Positions 53,703-63,879 are shown, counted from the first letter of the stretch. The stretch is DNA of 64,000 bases from Planctomycetota bacterium (GCA_016200265.1 JACQFE010000049.1:22277-86276), one strand, 5' to 3'. Notes: a model not told the origin generated them from the sequence alone. Program-made: numbers and translations.

Positions 53703-54361
53703 TGAACCTCCAAACGACGAATCCTGTGATTGATATTGCGTGATTCGAAACCAAGGAGTCCGACAATCTCAGAAGGTCGCGCCGAACCGGTTCCGGTCAC
53801 ACGCAGTACAAACTCAATGCTGTCATCCGCGGGGTAAACGCCGATCAAAAAAGGTCGAACGTTCAGGTTCGAAGCCTTTCCTCCCTTGTGATCCTCGCGA
53901 GTCACTTGAAGCTCCGCGGCGGCTGTGATTCGTTCCGCGCGGACCGCAAGGTCCTCCGGCGTATCTCCCTCGATCGAAAATCGATAGCGAACGGAATCCG
54001 GCACGAGCCGCTCTCCGTTCGAAAGTCCACGAATTTCATGAATCGTCATGCCCCTTGGCACGCAAGCTTGAAGGCGCGGCAATGCCTCGTTCGCGTCGAT
54101 TGCCCGCGACAATTCAACAACGACTACCTCATCATCCGAGGCAATGCCGACGGGTCGGGGAAGTGGAATGGTCATCCGAGGGTGGGGATTGAAGCCTTGC
54201 GAATATTGAAGCGGCAACTCCGCTCGTGCAAATGCACGACGAAAGAGCCGCAGCGTATCGTGATGCGAGATGAACTTCAGGTCGCCATCGATCGCGTACG
54301 AAATCGCCCATTTCGATCGCCCGGTCGTATCTGCAATGTCACCCTGAGAAATTTGTTCCAT
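53693..54361 (-). CDS. DUF2344 / radical-SAM-linked protein family (TIGR03936-type)
   Basis: Has KFISHHDTLRLFRRAFARAELPLQYSQGFNPHPRMTIPLPRPVGIAS. Its stop overlaps the rne-like start by 10 nt. I prefer the start MEQISQ (54361). Confidence 0.8.
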   Translation of the reverse strand: MEQISQGDIADTTGRSKWAISYAIDGDLKFISHHDTLRLFRRAFARAELPLQYSQGFNPHPRMTIPLPRPVGIASDDEVVVVELSRAIDANEALPRLQACVPRGMTIHEIRGLSNGERLVPDSVRYRFSIEGDTPEDLAVRAERITAAAELQVTREDHKGGKASNLNVRPFLIGVYPADDSIEFVLRVTGTGSARPSEIVGLLGFESRNINHRIRRLEVQWQ

Positions 54362-54495
54362 CCGCGACCCTGACCTCGCTGCTTTTTGCAACGAGCGCCG
54401 CGATGCACGCCGAATTGACCCAACTGTTTTTCGATGACGACAACGAATTCGGAAAATGTCGCGAAATCTTGTGAACGGCGGGCGTCGTCAAGCGA

Positions 54496-56238
54496 TCAAA
54501 TCGGATCCTCCGGCAGCATTTTCCTTGTTTCGTCTCGCAGGTAATTCGTTACCTGCCTGTCCGTATCAAATGAAAGCGCCCGCCGCGCGACTCGTCGTGC
54601 CTGCGGCAGCGTGATCAGTCGAATCAATTTCTTGACTTCCGGGATATTCGCCGGAGCCATCGACAGCGATCGCAGCCCAAGTCCCACCAGAAAGATCGTG
54701 TACAACGGCTGCCCCGCCATTTCACCACATAGGCTACAGTCTATCTCGGCAGATGTACATGCCTTGGCGATGTTTCGGAGCGTTTGCAGGACCGAGGGGT
54801 GTGAGGCCGTATAAAACTGAGCGACCCGCTCATCACCCCGGTCGACTGCCAGAAGGTATTGGATCAAATCGTTGGTCCCAATGCTGACAAAATCGACCTC
54901 GCGGCAAAACTCCTCCACCTGGATGGCCGCCGCCGGGGTTTCCAGCATCATTCCAATGGGTATGTCCGTCGGGGCGTGAATTCCGACATCTTCGAGATCC
55001 TCACGGGCGTCGTGAACGGTCATTTTTGCCTGCCGGAACTCGATCAGGCTGTTAATCAGCGGAAACATCAGCCTGACTTTTCCGAATGAAGATGCCCGGA
55101 GAATGGCACGCAATTGCACTTTGAACATGTCCAGGTTTTGCAGGCTGTAACGAATCGAGCGCAATCCCAGCATGGGGTTCCGCTCTTGTTCATAATTTCG
55201 TTCTTGCGTGTATTTGTCCGCGCCGAGGTCGAAGGTCCGGATGGTGACGGGTCGACCGGCCGCCCCAAGAATGGCCTCTTTGTATGCCTCGAATTGTTCC
55301 TCCTCGGAGGGAGCGCCCTGGGGCCGCAAGAAGAGGAATTCAGTTCGATACAGGCCGATGCCGTCGCCCCCTTTTGATAATCCAACGGCCGCTTCACCTG
55401 GGAATTCAATATTGCAATTCAGTGAAATTCGCGTGCCATCAAGCGTCATCGCGGGGAGATCGCGAAGTTCATCCAATGTGTCGGTGAACCGCACAAAGGC
55501 GGCTTCGCGACGACGATAATCCTCCAGGGTCGATTCATTGGGCTGAACAATGACGAGCTGGTTCGTGCCATCGATGATCACCAGGTCGCCGCCGCTGACT
55601 CTGGAGGAGATGTCATTTAACGCAATCACGCCCGGTCGCCCCCAGGAACGCAGCAGGATCGCGGAATGCGATGTCGCAGCGCCGGAATCGAGGGCGACGC
55701 CGACCACTTTCGTGGCAGCCAGCCCCGCGGTCTGCGTCGGCGTGAGATCATGGGCAACGAGAATGGCCGGCTTCGTCAGATGCGAGAGGTCTTCGCGCGA
55801 CTCGCCGAGGATATGTCGTAACAGACGGCGTTCGATATCCTGGACGTCGCGGACGCGCTCCACGAGCAAAGGATCGCTCATTTGCATGAATCGACGTTGA
55901 TAATTCCGCATCACAGTGCTGGTGGCGTAGGCCGCCGCCGCGCACTGCTCACGAATCATGGTCTCGACGGAATGTCGCAGCCGCTCATCCTTGAGAACGC
56001 CGATGTGCCACTCGAATACGTCTGCGGCGTCGTGCCCCAGAGTGGTGTTTAGCCACGCGGATTGCTTGTGAAGTTCTTCGATGGAGTGTGCAATCGCGTG
56101 ATCGAGCTTGTCCAGTTCCGCTGGTACGTCGTCCTTATCGACCGTGCGAAAGGGTATGCGCGTGTCCTCGCGCTCGAGAATGACGGCTTCGCCGATCGCG
56201 ACGCCGGGGGCCACGGATATGCCACGCAAGATCTCCAT
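54496..56238 (-). CDS. ptsI: phosphoenolpyruvate-protein phosphotransferase (PTS enzyme I, no GAF domain)
   Basis: Has the GGATSHSAILLRS phospho-His region, ...GLYRTEFLF and ...FVSIGTNDL. Confidence 0.9.
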   Translation of the reverse strand: MEILRGISVAPGVAIGEAVILEREDTRIPFRTVDKDDVPAELDKLDHAIAHSIEELHKQSAWLNTTLGHDAADVFEWHIGVLKDERLRHSVETMIREQCAAAAYATSTVMRNYQRRFMQMSDPLLVERVRDVQDIERRLLRHILGESREDLSHLTKPAILVAHDLTPTQTAGLAATKVVGVALDSGAATSHSAILLRSWGRPGVIALNDISSRVSGGDLVIIDGTNQLVIVQPNESTLEDYRRREAAFVRFTDTLDELRDLPAMTLDGTRISLNCNIEFPGEAAVGLSKGGDGIGLYRTEFLFLRPQGAPSEEEQFEAYKEAILGAAGRPVTIRTFDLGADKYTQERNYEQERNPMLGLRSIRYSLQNLDMFKVQLRAILRASSFGKVRLMFPLINSLIEFRQAKMTVHDAREDLEDVGIHAPTDIPIGMMLETPAAAIQVEEFCREVDFVSIGTNDLIQYLLAVDRGDERVAQFYTASHPSVLQTLRNIAKACTSAEIDCSLCGEMAGQPLYTIFLVGLGLRSLSMAPANIPEVKKLIRLITLPQARRVARRALSFDTDRQVTNYLRDETRKMLPEDPI

Positions 56239-56324
56239 CCGTGTTCTACATCCGTGTCAGGGTCCATTGAATCAGCCGAAAACCGTCCATGCGGTCAACG
56301 TCGATGTTGAAGCTCCTGCCGCGA

Positions 56325-56675
56325 TCAAACCGCTGCTTTGGGTCCTTCCAGATCAAATCCCGTTTCAACCAGCGCCACCAGAGAATCAACCGCCAGCGCC
56401 GCGTCCGGACCGATCGCGGAAATTCGAAGCACGTTCCCCACCGTTGCCTCTAGCAACATCATTTGCATGGCACTCTTGCCATCGACGATATCACCTTTGC
56501 GCGTCGCGTTTTGCACCGTGATCTTTGATTGAAATTTCGACGCATGGTCCACAAATCGCATGACCGGACGCGCATGCAATCCCTCGCGGATCGCGACTGC
56601 GACTTCCCGGACCACCGTGCCGGAGTCCGAACTTCCCTCAGGAGCGCCGCGTGTCAGCACGGGCGTTTTACCCAC
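56325..56675 (-). CDS. ptsH: HPr-family phosphocarrier protein (NPr-like)
   Basis: Has VAIREGLHARPVMRFVDHASKFQSKITVQN with the active His in GLHARP. The N-terminal ~20 aa may not be translated. Confidence 0.8.
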   Translation of the reverse strand: MGKTPVLTRGAPEGSSDSGTVVREVAVAIREGLHARPVMRFVDHASKFQSKITVQNATRKGDIVDGKSAMQMMLLEATVGNVLRISAIGPDAALAVDSLVALVETGFDLEGPKAAV

Positions 56676-56706
56676 CTGTCGCCGCCGGGAAAATCGCGGT
56701 AAACAT

Positions 56707-57180
56707 TCATTCGCTTGGAGTCTCGTCGGCTTCCTTGATCAACTCAATGATCGCCTGTTTCGAGTCCGCCAAACGCAAGAATTTGCGGAAATTTTCGCGC
56801 TGGAGATATCGAAAGATCCGCTCCATGGCCGCGAGGTGCTCCTCGGGTGCGTTGGACGGGCTGAGCAGGAGAAAGACCGTGTAAACCGGCGCGCGGTCCA
56901 ATGCCGCAAAATCCACACCCGCGCCGGAACGACCGATTGTGGCGACGATCTTCGTGATGGCATCGTGCTTGACGTGCGGCACCGCGACTCCCTTGCCGAA
57001 GCCGGTACTGCCTTGCATTTCCCGAGCGATTGCGGCCTTGGCGATTGCGTCCGCATCTTTCGCTGAAATTGCCCCGTTGTCGGCGAGAGACTGGATTAAC
57101 TCCCGAATCACGCCTTTCCGCTCCACCGACTGAAGTTCGGGGACGATGGACGGCAGATGGATGAGTTCTGAGAGTTTCAT
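56707..57180 (-). CDS. ptsN: PTS IIA-Ntr (nitrogen regulatory IIA)
   Basis: I prefer the start MKLSELIHLPSIV. Has STGFGKGVAVPHVKH, the phospho-His motif. Confidence 0.85.
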   Translation of the reverse strand: MKLSELIHLPSIVPELQSVERKGVIRELIQSLADNGAISAKDADAIAKAAIAREMQGSTGFGKGVAVPHVKHDAITKIVATIGRSGAGVDFAALDRAPVYTVFLLLSPSNAPEEHLAAMERIFRYLQRENFRKFLRLADSKQAIIELIKEADETPSE

Positions 57181-57240
57181 TGGGGCCGCAAGGCATTCAA
57201 TGGGTGAACGCGCAAGGGAATTCCATTCACTGGGCAATCG

Positions 57241-57567
57241 TCATCCCGTTGCGCCGTCAGCGGATGTCCCGCCCTTCCGCGTACGAACTTTTTCTTTGTG
57301 TTTTGTTAACTGTCGGCCTAGTTTTTCGATACTCGTATCAATCAACACATGCGTGTCCGCGCCGACTTCCCGCGCGATGAACGTATGGCGATGGTCGGCA
57401 TGGACGATGATCTCAACAAAAAACTGCTCTTTTTCCTGTCCAAGGACGACGTCCACCTCATGGATGCGGTCATAGTGTTTTGTCAGCTTCTCCGCCTTGG
57501 CTGAAACGTATTCCTTGACCTCGGCGGGCACCTCGACATGTCGACCGACAACTCGAATCTGCATCAA
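57241..57567 (-). CDS. hpf: ribosome hibernation promoting factor (short HPF/RaiA type)
   Basis: Has MQIRVVGRHVEVPAEVKEYVSAKAEKLTKHYDRIHEVDVVL. Confidence 0.9.
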   Translation of the reverse strand: MMQIRVVGRHVEVPAEVKEYVSAKAEKLTKHYDRIHEVDVVLGQEKEQFFVEIIVHADHRHTFIAREVGADTHVLIDTSIEKLGRQLTKHKEKVRTRKGGTSADGATG

Positions 57568-57832
57568 AAATCTCCGCCGTTACGCCACCAGGTACTCTGT
57601 GAAATCATTCCGCTATTGTGCTGCGGGATCCCGCAAGCCCAGCCGCAGGAAAATCCGTGTTACCGACCGTCGAGCCCTTTGACCCGCGCACCGACCCAAT
57701 CTTTGAACGATTATCGCCCGAAATCGACCAGCCGGTGAAATCTAGAGAAAGCCGGGGCTATCGTCAACGGGAACGAAGAGATTGGCGGCGGTCATTTTTC
57801 CCTGTTGACCGAGCCGGTGGTAGAATTTTCCC

Positions 57833-58450
57833 ATGGTTCTTGAGGTTTATACGTCGGCCAAGGCGGCGCCGGCCTGGCGTTCGTGGCTTGCCAGCGCGGT
57901 TTTATTGCTCGGCGTTTCCGCATTGGCGCAAAGCTCCGTCTCTCACTCCGGCGTACTGCTCCACGAACGGATCACGCCTGCCGACTGGGAAGTTGGTTTT
58001 CGGTATCCTATCGCGTTTGTTCCTGTTGGAATTGAGCCGAAATCCTTATCTGAGCACGAAAGTGTGTTGGCCTATAGGCTCAATGAGGGAAAAGGAACGG
58101 CACAAATCGCAGTACACCGGTTTGAAGTGGTTCCCGGGACTGATCCCGAGGTTGTTTGTAGGCACATCCTGGAACGGCAATCCACAGCCCCGCGCCGGTT
58201 CTTGCGATTGATGTCCGGTCGAGTCCCGACCCTCACGCGCGACCGGCTCGGCCCAATTGATGCTCTTGAAGTCACGGACTGGGAAGCCGGAATTGCGGTA
58301 CGAGCCACGATTGTCTCTCAAGGACTTGCGTACGCGATTACACTAACCGTCGATCCACCACGCCAGGACGCGCGGCTTTACATGTTGTTTGATCTGACGT
58401 GCCAATCATTTGAATACAACGCGGTAACCGTAACGATGCCACGGGAATAG
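57833..58450 (+). CDS. hypothetical secreted protein
   Basis: Signal-like AWRSWLASAVLLLGVSALAQS. I recognise no family. Confidence 0.4.
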   Translation: MVLEVYTSAKAAPAWRSWLASAVLLLGVSALAQSSVSHSGVLLHERITPADWEVGFRYPIAFVPVGIEPKSLSEHESVLAYRLNEGKGTAQIAVHRFEVVPGTDPEVVCRHILERQSTAPRRFLRLMSGRVPTLTRDRLGPIDALEVTDWEAGIAVRATIVSQGLAYAITLTVDPPRQDARLYMLFDLTCQSFEYNAVTVTMPRE

Positions 58451-58460
58451 TCGACTGTCT

Positions 58461-58598
58461 CCAATCGACAACTTGAAATCTGAGATTTAAGATTTCAAAT
58501 CGACAATGGAACATGTCCAATCAACAATGAGATTCTTCGCTGCGCTCAGAATGACGGACGCGGCGATTGCAAATCGGCAATTGGAAATTGGCAATTTT
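58461..58598. repeat. intergenic palindromic/periodic repeat cluster
   Basis: ccaatcgacaacttgaaatc-tgagatttaa-gatttcaaatcgacaatgg lies at 58461-58509, with an 8-bp stem ttgaaatc/gatttcaa. gattgcaaatcggcaattggaaattggcaatttt (58565-58598) is related to 23728-23762. Confidence 0.7.
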
Positions 58599-59761
58599 CA
58601 AAACGCCGCCACACCCGTGATTTCTCGACCGACAACGAGTTGATGAATCGTCTCTGTTCCCTCGTATGTAATCACGCTTTCAAGATTGAGCATGTGGCGA
58701 ACGGGACAGCATTCCACGCTGATGCCGCCGGCGCCGAGGATATCGCGGGCCTCACGAGCGATGTCCAAGCCAAGCCGCACGTTGTTCCACTTCGCAAGTG
58801 AGACCTGGGTATGGTGCATCTCGCCTTGATCCTTGAGTCGGCCAAGCTGCAGGGCGAGAAGTTGACCCGTCGTAATTCGCCGGACCATGTCGGCCAGTCG
58901 AATCTGCATGTGCTGCTTGTTGATCAGCGGCGAGCCGAAGAGCACACGATTGCGGCAGAATTCAAGAGCTTCGCGATAACAAGCCATCGCGGCGCCTACG
59001 CCGCCCCATGCGATGCCGTAACGCGCCTGCGTAAGACATGACAAGGGCGCACCGAGTCCTTCGGCCGTGGGCAGGCGACTCGATTCCGGCAGACGGCAAT
59101 TGTCGAAGAAAAGTTCGCTCGTGACCGAGGCGCGAAGCGAAAACTTGTGAGGTATATCGCGGCTCGTGAATCCCGGAGTGCCCTTCTCGAGGAGAAATCC
59201 GCGCACGCCATGCTCCGTCATCGCCCAGACCACGGCGACATCGGCGATGCTACCGCTAGTGATCCACATTTTCGCTCCGTTGAGAACCCAGTCACTGCCT
59301 TTTTTCTCAGCGCGAGTTTTCATTGTTCCCGGATCACTGCCCCCGTCCGGCTCCGTCAGTCCGAAGCAACCGATTTTCCTGGCTCGCGCCATTTCCGGAA
59401 GCCAACGCTTTTTTTGCTCGTCTGAACCGTAGGTGTGAATCGGATACATTACCAAGCCGCTCTGAACGGAAGCGAAGCTTCGCACGCCGCTATCGCCGCG
59501 CTCGAGTTCCTGCATGATGAGCCCGTACGCGACGTTGTTCAGTCCAGCGCAGCCGTAATCCTGCAAAGTGGGACCGAACAAACCGAGTTCGGCCATTTCG
59601 GGAATGAGTTCGGTCGGAAATCGCTCATGCTCAAAGCATTCTGCAATGATGGGAAGGACGCGATCGTCAACAAATCGAGCGACCGTGTCGCGCACCTGGC
59701 GTTCATCATTGCTGAGCAGCGAATCGATATGATAGAAATCCGGCGTCTTGCTATCGGGCAT
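58598..59761 (-). CDS. gcdH: glutaryl-CoA dehydrogenase-type acyl-CoA dehydrogenase
   Basis: Has YHIDSLLSNDERQVRDTVARFV...GCFGLTEPDGGSDPGTMKTRA...WITSG...YEGT. Confidence 0.85.
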   Translation of the reverse strand: MPDSKTPDFYHIDSLLSNDERQVRDTVARFVDDRVLPIIAECFEHERFPTELIPEMAELGLFGPTLQDYGCAGLNNVAYGLIMQELERGDSGVRSFASVQSGLVMYPIHTYGSDEQKKRWLPEMARARKIGCFGLTEPDGGSDPGTMKTRAEKKGSDWVLNGAKMWITSGSIADVAVVWAMTEHGVRGFLLEKGTPGFTSRDIPHKFSLRASVTSELFFDNCRLPESSRLPTAEGLGAPLSCLTQARYGIAWGGVGAAMACYREALEFCRNRVLFGSPLINKQHMQIRLADMVRRITTGQLLALQLGRLKDQGEMHHTQVSLAKWNNVRLGLDIAREARDILGAGGISVECCPVRHMLNLESVITYEGTETIHQLVVGREITGVAAF

Positions 59762-60105
59762 GGATTTAACTCCAGAATGACTTCAAAGTTTTTCCGAGCA
59801 CTCTTGATTCGATTGGGTCCCAATACTTCGTTGTCTCCATCTTAACGCGAATGCTTTTATCGAGCATAACGAGCGAACATGACTGCCGTCAAAAGTCGGC
59901 TCCAATTTCATTTTCAAATTGAGAATGGCAGCCGGTGAATTGACGCATTTCGCCAAGAAAAGTTGATTGCAACGAGATGGAAAATTCGATTAGGATGATG
60001 TCACGGCGGAAGCGGCTTGTTATCGACCCGATCTTGCAGCACGAAGCTTCAGGTTGATCGAGCAACGATTTGCGATACGTGCCACGATCAGGCGGAGGAG
60101 GGCGT

Positions 60106-63100
60106 ATGTGGCGCATTGCGAACAACCCGCAGTCAAAGACTGCGGCCCATCATTCAAGGTGCATTTCCGTTTCAATTGCACCAACGAGCTTCATCCGGAG
60201 AAGATCTTGCCTCCTGGCCTTCGTTATCGCTGCTGTGAGTCTTTCTCCGCCAGGTGGAAACTCCGCGTTGGCCCGCGCGTCGATTGAATCGATTCAACAA
60301 GTCAGACTCGAATCGCTCGACCGCGCATCGCTACTTGCGGAAGACGAAGCCCGGGAGCAGGCCGGACTTCCCCTGCGATTTGCCGTTGCGACCACCGTTT
60401 CGCTTCGCCCGCAAACCGATGGGACCTGGGAGAGCGTCGGCGATGGAATGATGCTTTGGCGACTCCGAATTTCATCCACGGGGGCAAATTCCATCAACCT
60501 CGGATTCTCTCATTTTAAATTGCCCAAAGGCGCTCAGCTCGTGATCTCCCCGGCAACTGGAGGTCGGAAAATCGGTCCGTTCACGGAGGCAGGCAACAAT
60601 CCTCGCGGACAGTTCTGGACGCCGATCGTCGACGGCGACGATGTGGTCGTCGAAGTCACCGTTTCCGAATCCGCCCGTTCGGCATTGGATTTGGAAATCA
60701 GTTCCATCAATGTTGCCTATCGCGATTTTGGAACGCCGACACGAACAACGCTTTCCGGCGCGTGCAACGTCGACGTGGCGTGCCCGGAGGCGGATCCATG
60801 GCGCGACCAGGTCAATTCCGTGGGACTCTTTTCCGTCAATGGCACGCTGATCTGTACCGGGTCTATGTTGAACAACTCGGCCAATGATTTGCGGCCGTTG
60901 TTCCTGACGGCAAATCACTGTGGCATTAACGAGGGGAATGCCGCCACCGTCGTTGTGTATTGGAATTATGAGAATTCCACCTGTCGGACCCCGGGCAGTC
61001 CGGCGAGCGGCGGCTCCGGCGACGGCAGCCTCAGCATGTTCCAAAGCGGCGCAACGTTCCGTGCGGGGAGCGCGAATTCGGATTTTACGCTCGTCGAGTT
61101 GGACTCCCCGCCCAATCCGGCCTGGGATGTATTTTACGCGGGCTGGGACTACGCAAATCAGACGACGGCGTCTGCGGCGGGGATCCACCATCCGGCCGCC
61201 GCAGAGAAGCGCATCAGCCTCGACGACGATCCGACGCAAATCACGTCCTACATTGACACTGTAGTGCCAGGTGATGGCACTCATCTGCGCGTCTTGAGCT
61301 GGAGCCTCGGCACGACCGAACCGGGTTCATCCGGTTCACCGCTGTTCAATCAGGATCACCGCGTCGTGGCCCAATTGCACGGGGGATTCACCGCTTGCGG
61401 GAACACAGACTCCATCTGGTATGGGCGCCTTGCCATCTCCTGGAACGGCGAGGGAACGCCCGGCACACGCCTGAGTGACTGGCTCGATCCATTGGCGATT
61501 GGAGCGACTTCGCTCGACCAACTTTCGTCCGGCGGAATGACCGTAACGCCAAGCGGCGACGTGACACATATCGGCCCGGTCGGCGGGCCATTCACGTTCG
61601 ATTCTCTTGATTACCATCTGACCAACGCCACGGCGAATCCGCTTCATTACCAAGTTTCGCCGACAGTCGGTTATGGCTTGCTCCTCAATGGAAGCGGCTC
61701 CAGCGTGTCGGGAACTCTTTCTCCGGGGGGAACCGATGTCATTACAGTGTCGATCGGTCCGGACGTTGACAGCCTGCCCGCGGGAGTTTACGTTGATCAA
61801 GTCAAGTTCAGCGATCTCACCAACTCCCGCACACGCACTCGAACACATACCACTGAAATCGGTCAGACGCTTTTTTCAGTGTCGCCTTCGACTGAACTTG
61901 ATTCCGGCGGACCGGCCGGCGGCCCCTTCCCGGATTCCGCGCTTTACATGATCACCAACCAGCGTCCTTCGCCGGTTGACGTGACGGTGTCGGGCAATGC
62001 CTCTTGGATTTCACTGAACGGAACGCCCGGCCCCTTGACCATCAGTTTGAATGGAAACGGCGATTCACAGTCGGTCGTCGTTGGATTCTCCTCAGGCGCA
62101 AACAATCTCGGCGTCGGACAGCATTCCGGCATGGTGACGTTTACAAATGCCTTCGGCGGCGCGGGTGACGCCAGTCGTGCCGTCTTGCTTGATGTGGGTC
62201 GGATCGTCCACACTTCGACGGACACGCCGATTCCCATCAATGACTTTGCAATCATCACCAGCACGATCACCGTTCCCGAGGCCAAATGCATCGGCGACCT
62301 CGATGTGGACATGAACATCACCCACACCTACATCGGTGACCTTCTCATCGATTTGGAATCCCCCACGGGAACGATCGTTCGGCTTCATAACGGGACCGGC
62401 GGAACAACCGACAACATTTACGCGACTTACGACGATTCGACGTTTCCCCCTGATGGGCCCGGCGCGCTCGCGGACTTTATTGGAGAATCCAGCGCCGGCG
62501 TGTGGAAGCTCACGGTCATGGACACCGGCTTTCCCGACAGCGGCACGCTCAACCACTGGGGACTTCGCATCGCCCCCGCCGCCGGCATGTGCCCGGTGAG
62601 CCAACTCATTTATAGTTTTCCGCTCGATTCGGATCCCGGATGGATGCGGCAGGGCATGTGGCAATACGGCATTCCTTCGGGTGGCGGTTCACACAATCAT
62701 GATCCCTTGCAAGGCTACACGGGCGCGCATGTTTTCGGGTACAACCTCAATGGCGACTACCCAAACAATCTCGCGGCGCCGCTATACCTGACCTCGAACG
62801 CGATCGATTGTTCGTCCATCGCGCAGACACGACTTCTCTTTCGACGCTGGCTGGGCGTCGATTCTTTGTCCTTCGATCATGCAAGCATCGACGTATCCAC
62901 CAACGGCACAAATTGGACCAATGTGTGGTCCAATGGTGATACGATTGTGGATTCGAACTGGCTCTTGCAGACCTACAATATTTCCGCGGTCGCCGACGGA
63001 CATGCGACCGTTTTCATTCGCTGGGGGATGGGGCCCACGAATGTCTCAAACACCTTTCCCGGCTGGAACATTGATGACGTGCAAATCTGGGGCGTTCCCC

Positions 63101-63816
63101 GTCCGACAACGTGTATGCCGTCGACGCCGCTCGGCGCGTGCTGCATCGCCGAGTCCGCGATCAATGAATCCACCGGCATGGCGGCCAACCGTTATATCTC
63201 ATTCATTCCCGGAAATCCCGGTCGCAACACAGCGCTACGCGTGAAACTGATTTCGCTGCATCACCCTGATCCGCCGAATCCGCTTCCGAACATTCCGCCG
63301 GATTTTTCCTCATTCGAAGGCGAGTATCGCTGGGTCGGACCGCCAAGCACCTATCAGGATAGCGCGGTGAACAACACGCACTTCATCGGGGCACCATTGC
63401 AATGTTCACCATTTTTTGCGGATTGGGGATCCATGGGGCAAATCTACGTTTTCGGCGCGGAGGTGGTGCCGGATTCAATCTATGAAGTTCAGGCTGTTGT
63501 GGAGGTCTGTGGGACGGTTGATGAGTCTCTCTATTCAAGCGACTTGTCCATGAGCACAGGCCGCTGGGGTGATGTCATTGCTCCGTTTCAAGTTCCTGAT
63601 CCGGCACTCTTGAGTCAGCCGAATGTCAGCGATATCACCGCCATCGTGGACAAATTCAAGGACCGTCCTGCCGCATTGGTCAAGCCGCGCGCACAATTGC
63701 AGGGGAATTCCGTCAATCCTGCCAACGCGCTTTCAATCTCTGACGTGGCGTTGAGTGTCGATGCATTCAAGGGACTTGTTTACCCATTCAGCGGACCTTC
63801 GACCTGTGGGAATTGA
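60106..63816 (+). CDS. secreted multidomain serine protease: Lys-C/Achromobacter-protease-I-like S1 domain, Ig-like repeats, proprotein-convertase P domain, MAM/jelly-roll-like domain and an unknown C-terminal domain
   Basis: ORF 60070..63816; I prefer the start MWRIANN (60106). Pro-region, then CTGSMLNN...LFLTANHC (His), ...GSSGSPLF (Ser). P-domain: CIGDLDVDMNITHTYIGDLLIDLESPTGTIVRLHNGTGG. Later: ...HASIDVSTNGTNWTNVWSNG...GWNIDDVQIWG. Confidence 0.75.
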   Translation: MWRIANNPQSKTAAHHSRCISVSIAPTSFIRRRSCLLAFVIAAVSLSPPGGNSALARASIESIQQVRLESLDRASLLAEDEAREQAGLPLRFAVATTVSLRPQTDGTWESVGDGMMLWRLRISSTGANSINLGFSHFKLPKGAQLVISPATGGRKIGPFTEAGNNPRGQFWTPIVDGDDVVVEVTVSESARSALDLEISSINVAYRDFGTPTRTTLSGACNVDVACPEADPWRDQVNSVGLFSVNGTLICTGSMLNNSANDLRPLFLTANHCGINEGNAATVVVYWNYENSTCRTPGSPASGGSGDGSLSMFQSGATFRAGSANSDFTLVELDSPPNPAWDVFYAGWDYANQTTASAAGIHHPAAAEKRISLDDDPTQITSYIDTVVPGDGTHLRVLSWSLGTTEPGSSGSPLFNQDHRVVAQLHGGFTACGNTDSIWYGRLAISWNGEGTPGTRLSDWLDPLAIGATSLDQLSSGGMTVTPSGDVTHIGPVGGPFTFDSLDYHLTNATANPLHYQVSPTVGYGLLLNGSGSSVSGTLSPGGTDVITVSIGPDVDSLPAGVYVDQVKFSDLTNSRTRTRTHTTEIGQTLFSVSPSTELDSGGPAGGPFPDSALYMITNQRPSPVDVTVSGNASWISLNGTPGPLTISLNGNGDSQSVVVGFSSGANNLGVGQHSGMVTFTNAFGGAGDASRAVLLDVGRIVHTSTDTPIPINDFAIITSTITVPEAKCIGDLDVDMNITHTYIGDLLIDLESPTGTIVRLHNGTGGTTDNIYATYDDSTFPPDGPGALADFIGESSAGVWKLTVMDTGFPDSGTLNHWGLRIAPAAGMCPVSQLIYSFPLDSDPGWMRQGMWQYGIPSGGGSHNHDPLQGYTGAHVFGYNLNGDYPNNLAAPLYLTSNAIDCSSIAQTRLLFRRWLGVDSLSFDHASIDVSTNGTNWTNVWSNGDTIVDSNWLLQTYNISAVADGHATVFIRWGMGPTNVSNTFPGWNIDDVQIWGVPRPTTCMPSTPLGACCIAESAINESTGMAANRYISFIPGNPGRNTALRVKLISLHHPDPPNPLPNIPPDFSSFEGEYRWVGPPSTYQDSAVNNTHFIGAPLQCSPFFADWGSMGQIYVFGAEVVPDSIYEVQAVVEVCGTVDESLYSSDLSMSTGRWGDVIAPFQVPDPALLSQPNVSDITAIVDKFKDRPAALVKPRAQLQGNSVNPANALSISDVALSVDAFKGLVYPFSGPSTCGN

Positions 63817-63879
63817 GCCATTGAACGTCATCCGGTTGCGAATCTTTGGTAGTGCCACGTCTTCAACGGTGAAAGCGAT

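Noticed and set aside
53855-53880. A T-loop-like string, ggttcgaagcc. I also made a general scan for tRNA, rRNA, tmRNA, RNase P and SRP signatures.
   Set aside because: The string lies inside the DUF2344 coding sequence, with no acceptor or anticodon arms around it. I found no convincing structured RNA gene anywhere in the window by eye; tRNAscan-SE or Infernal should confirm this.
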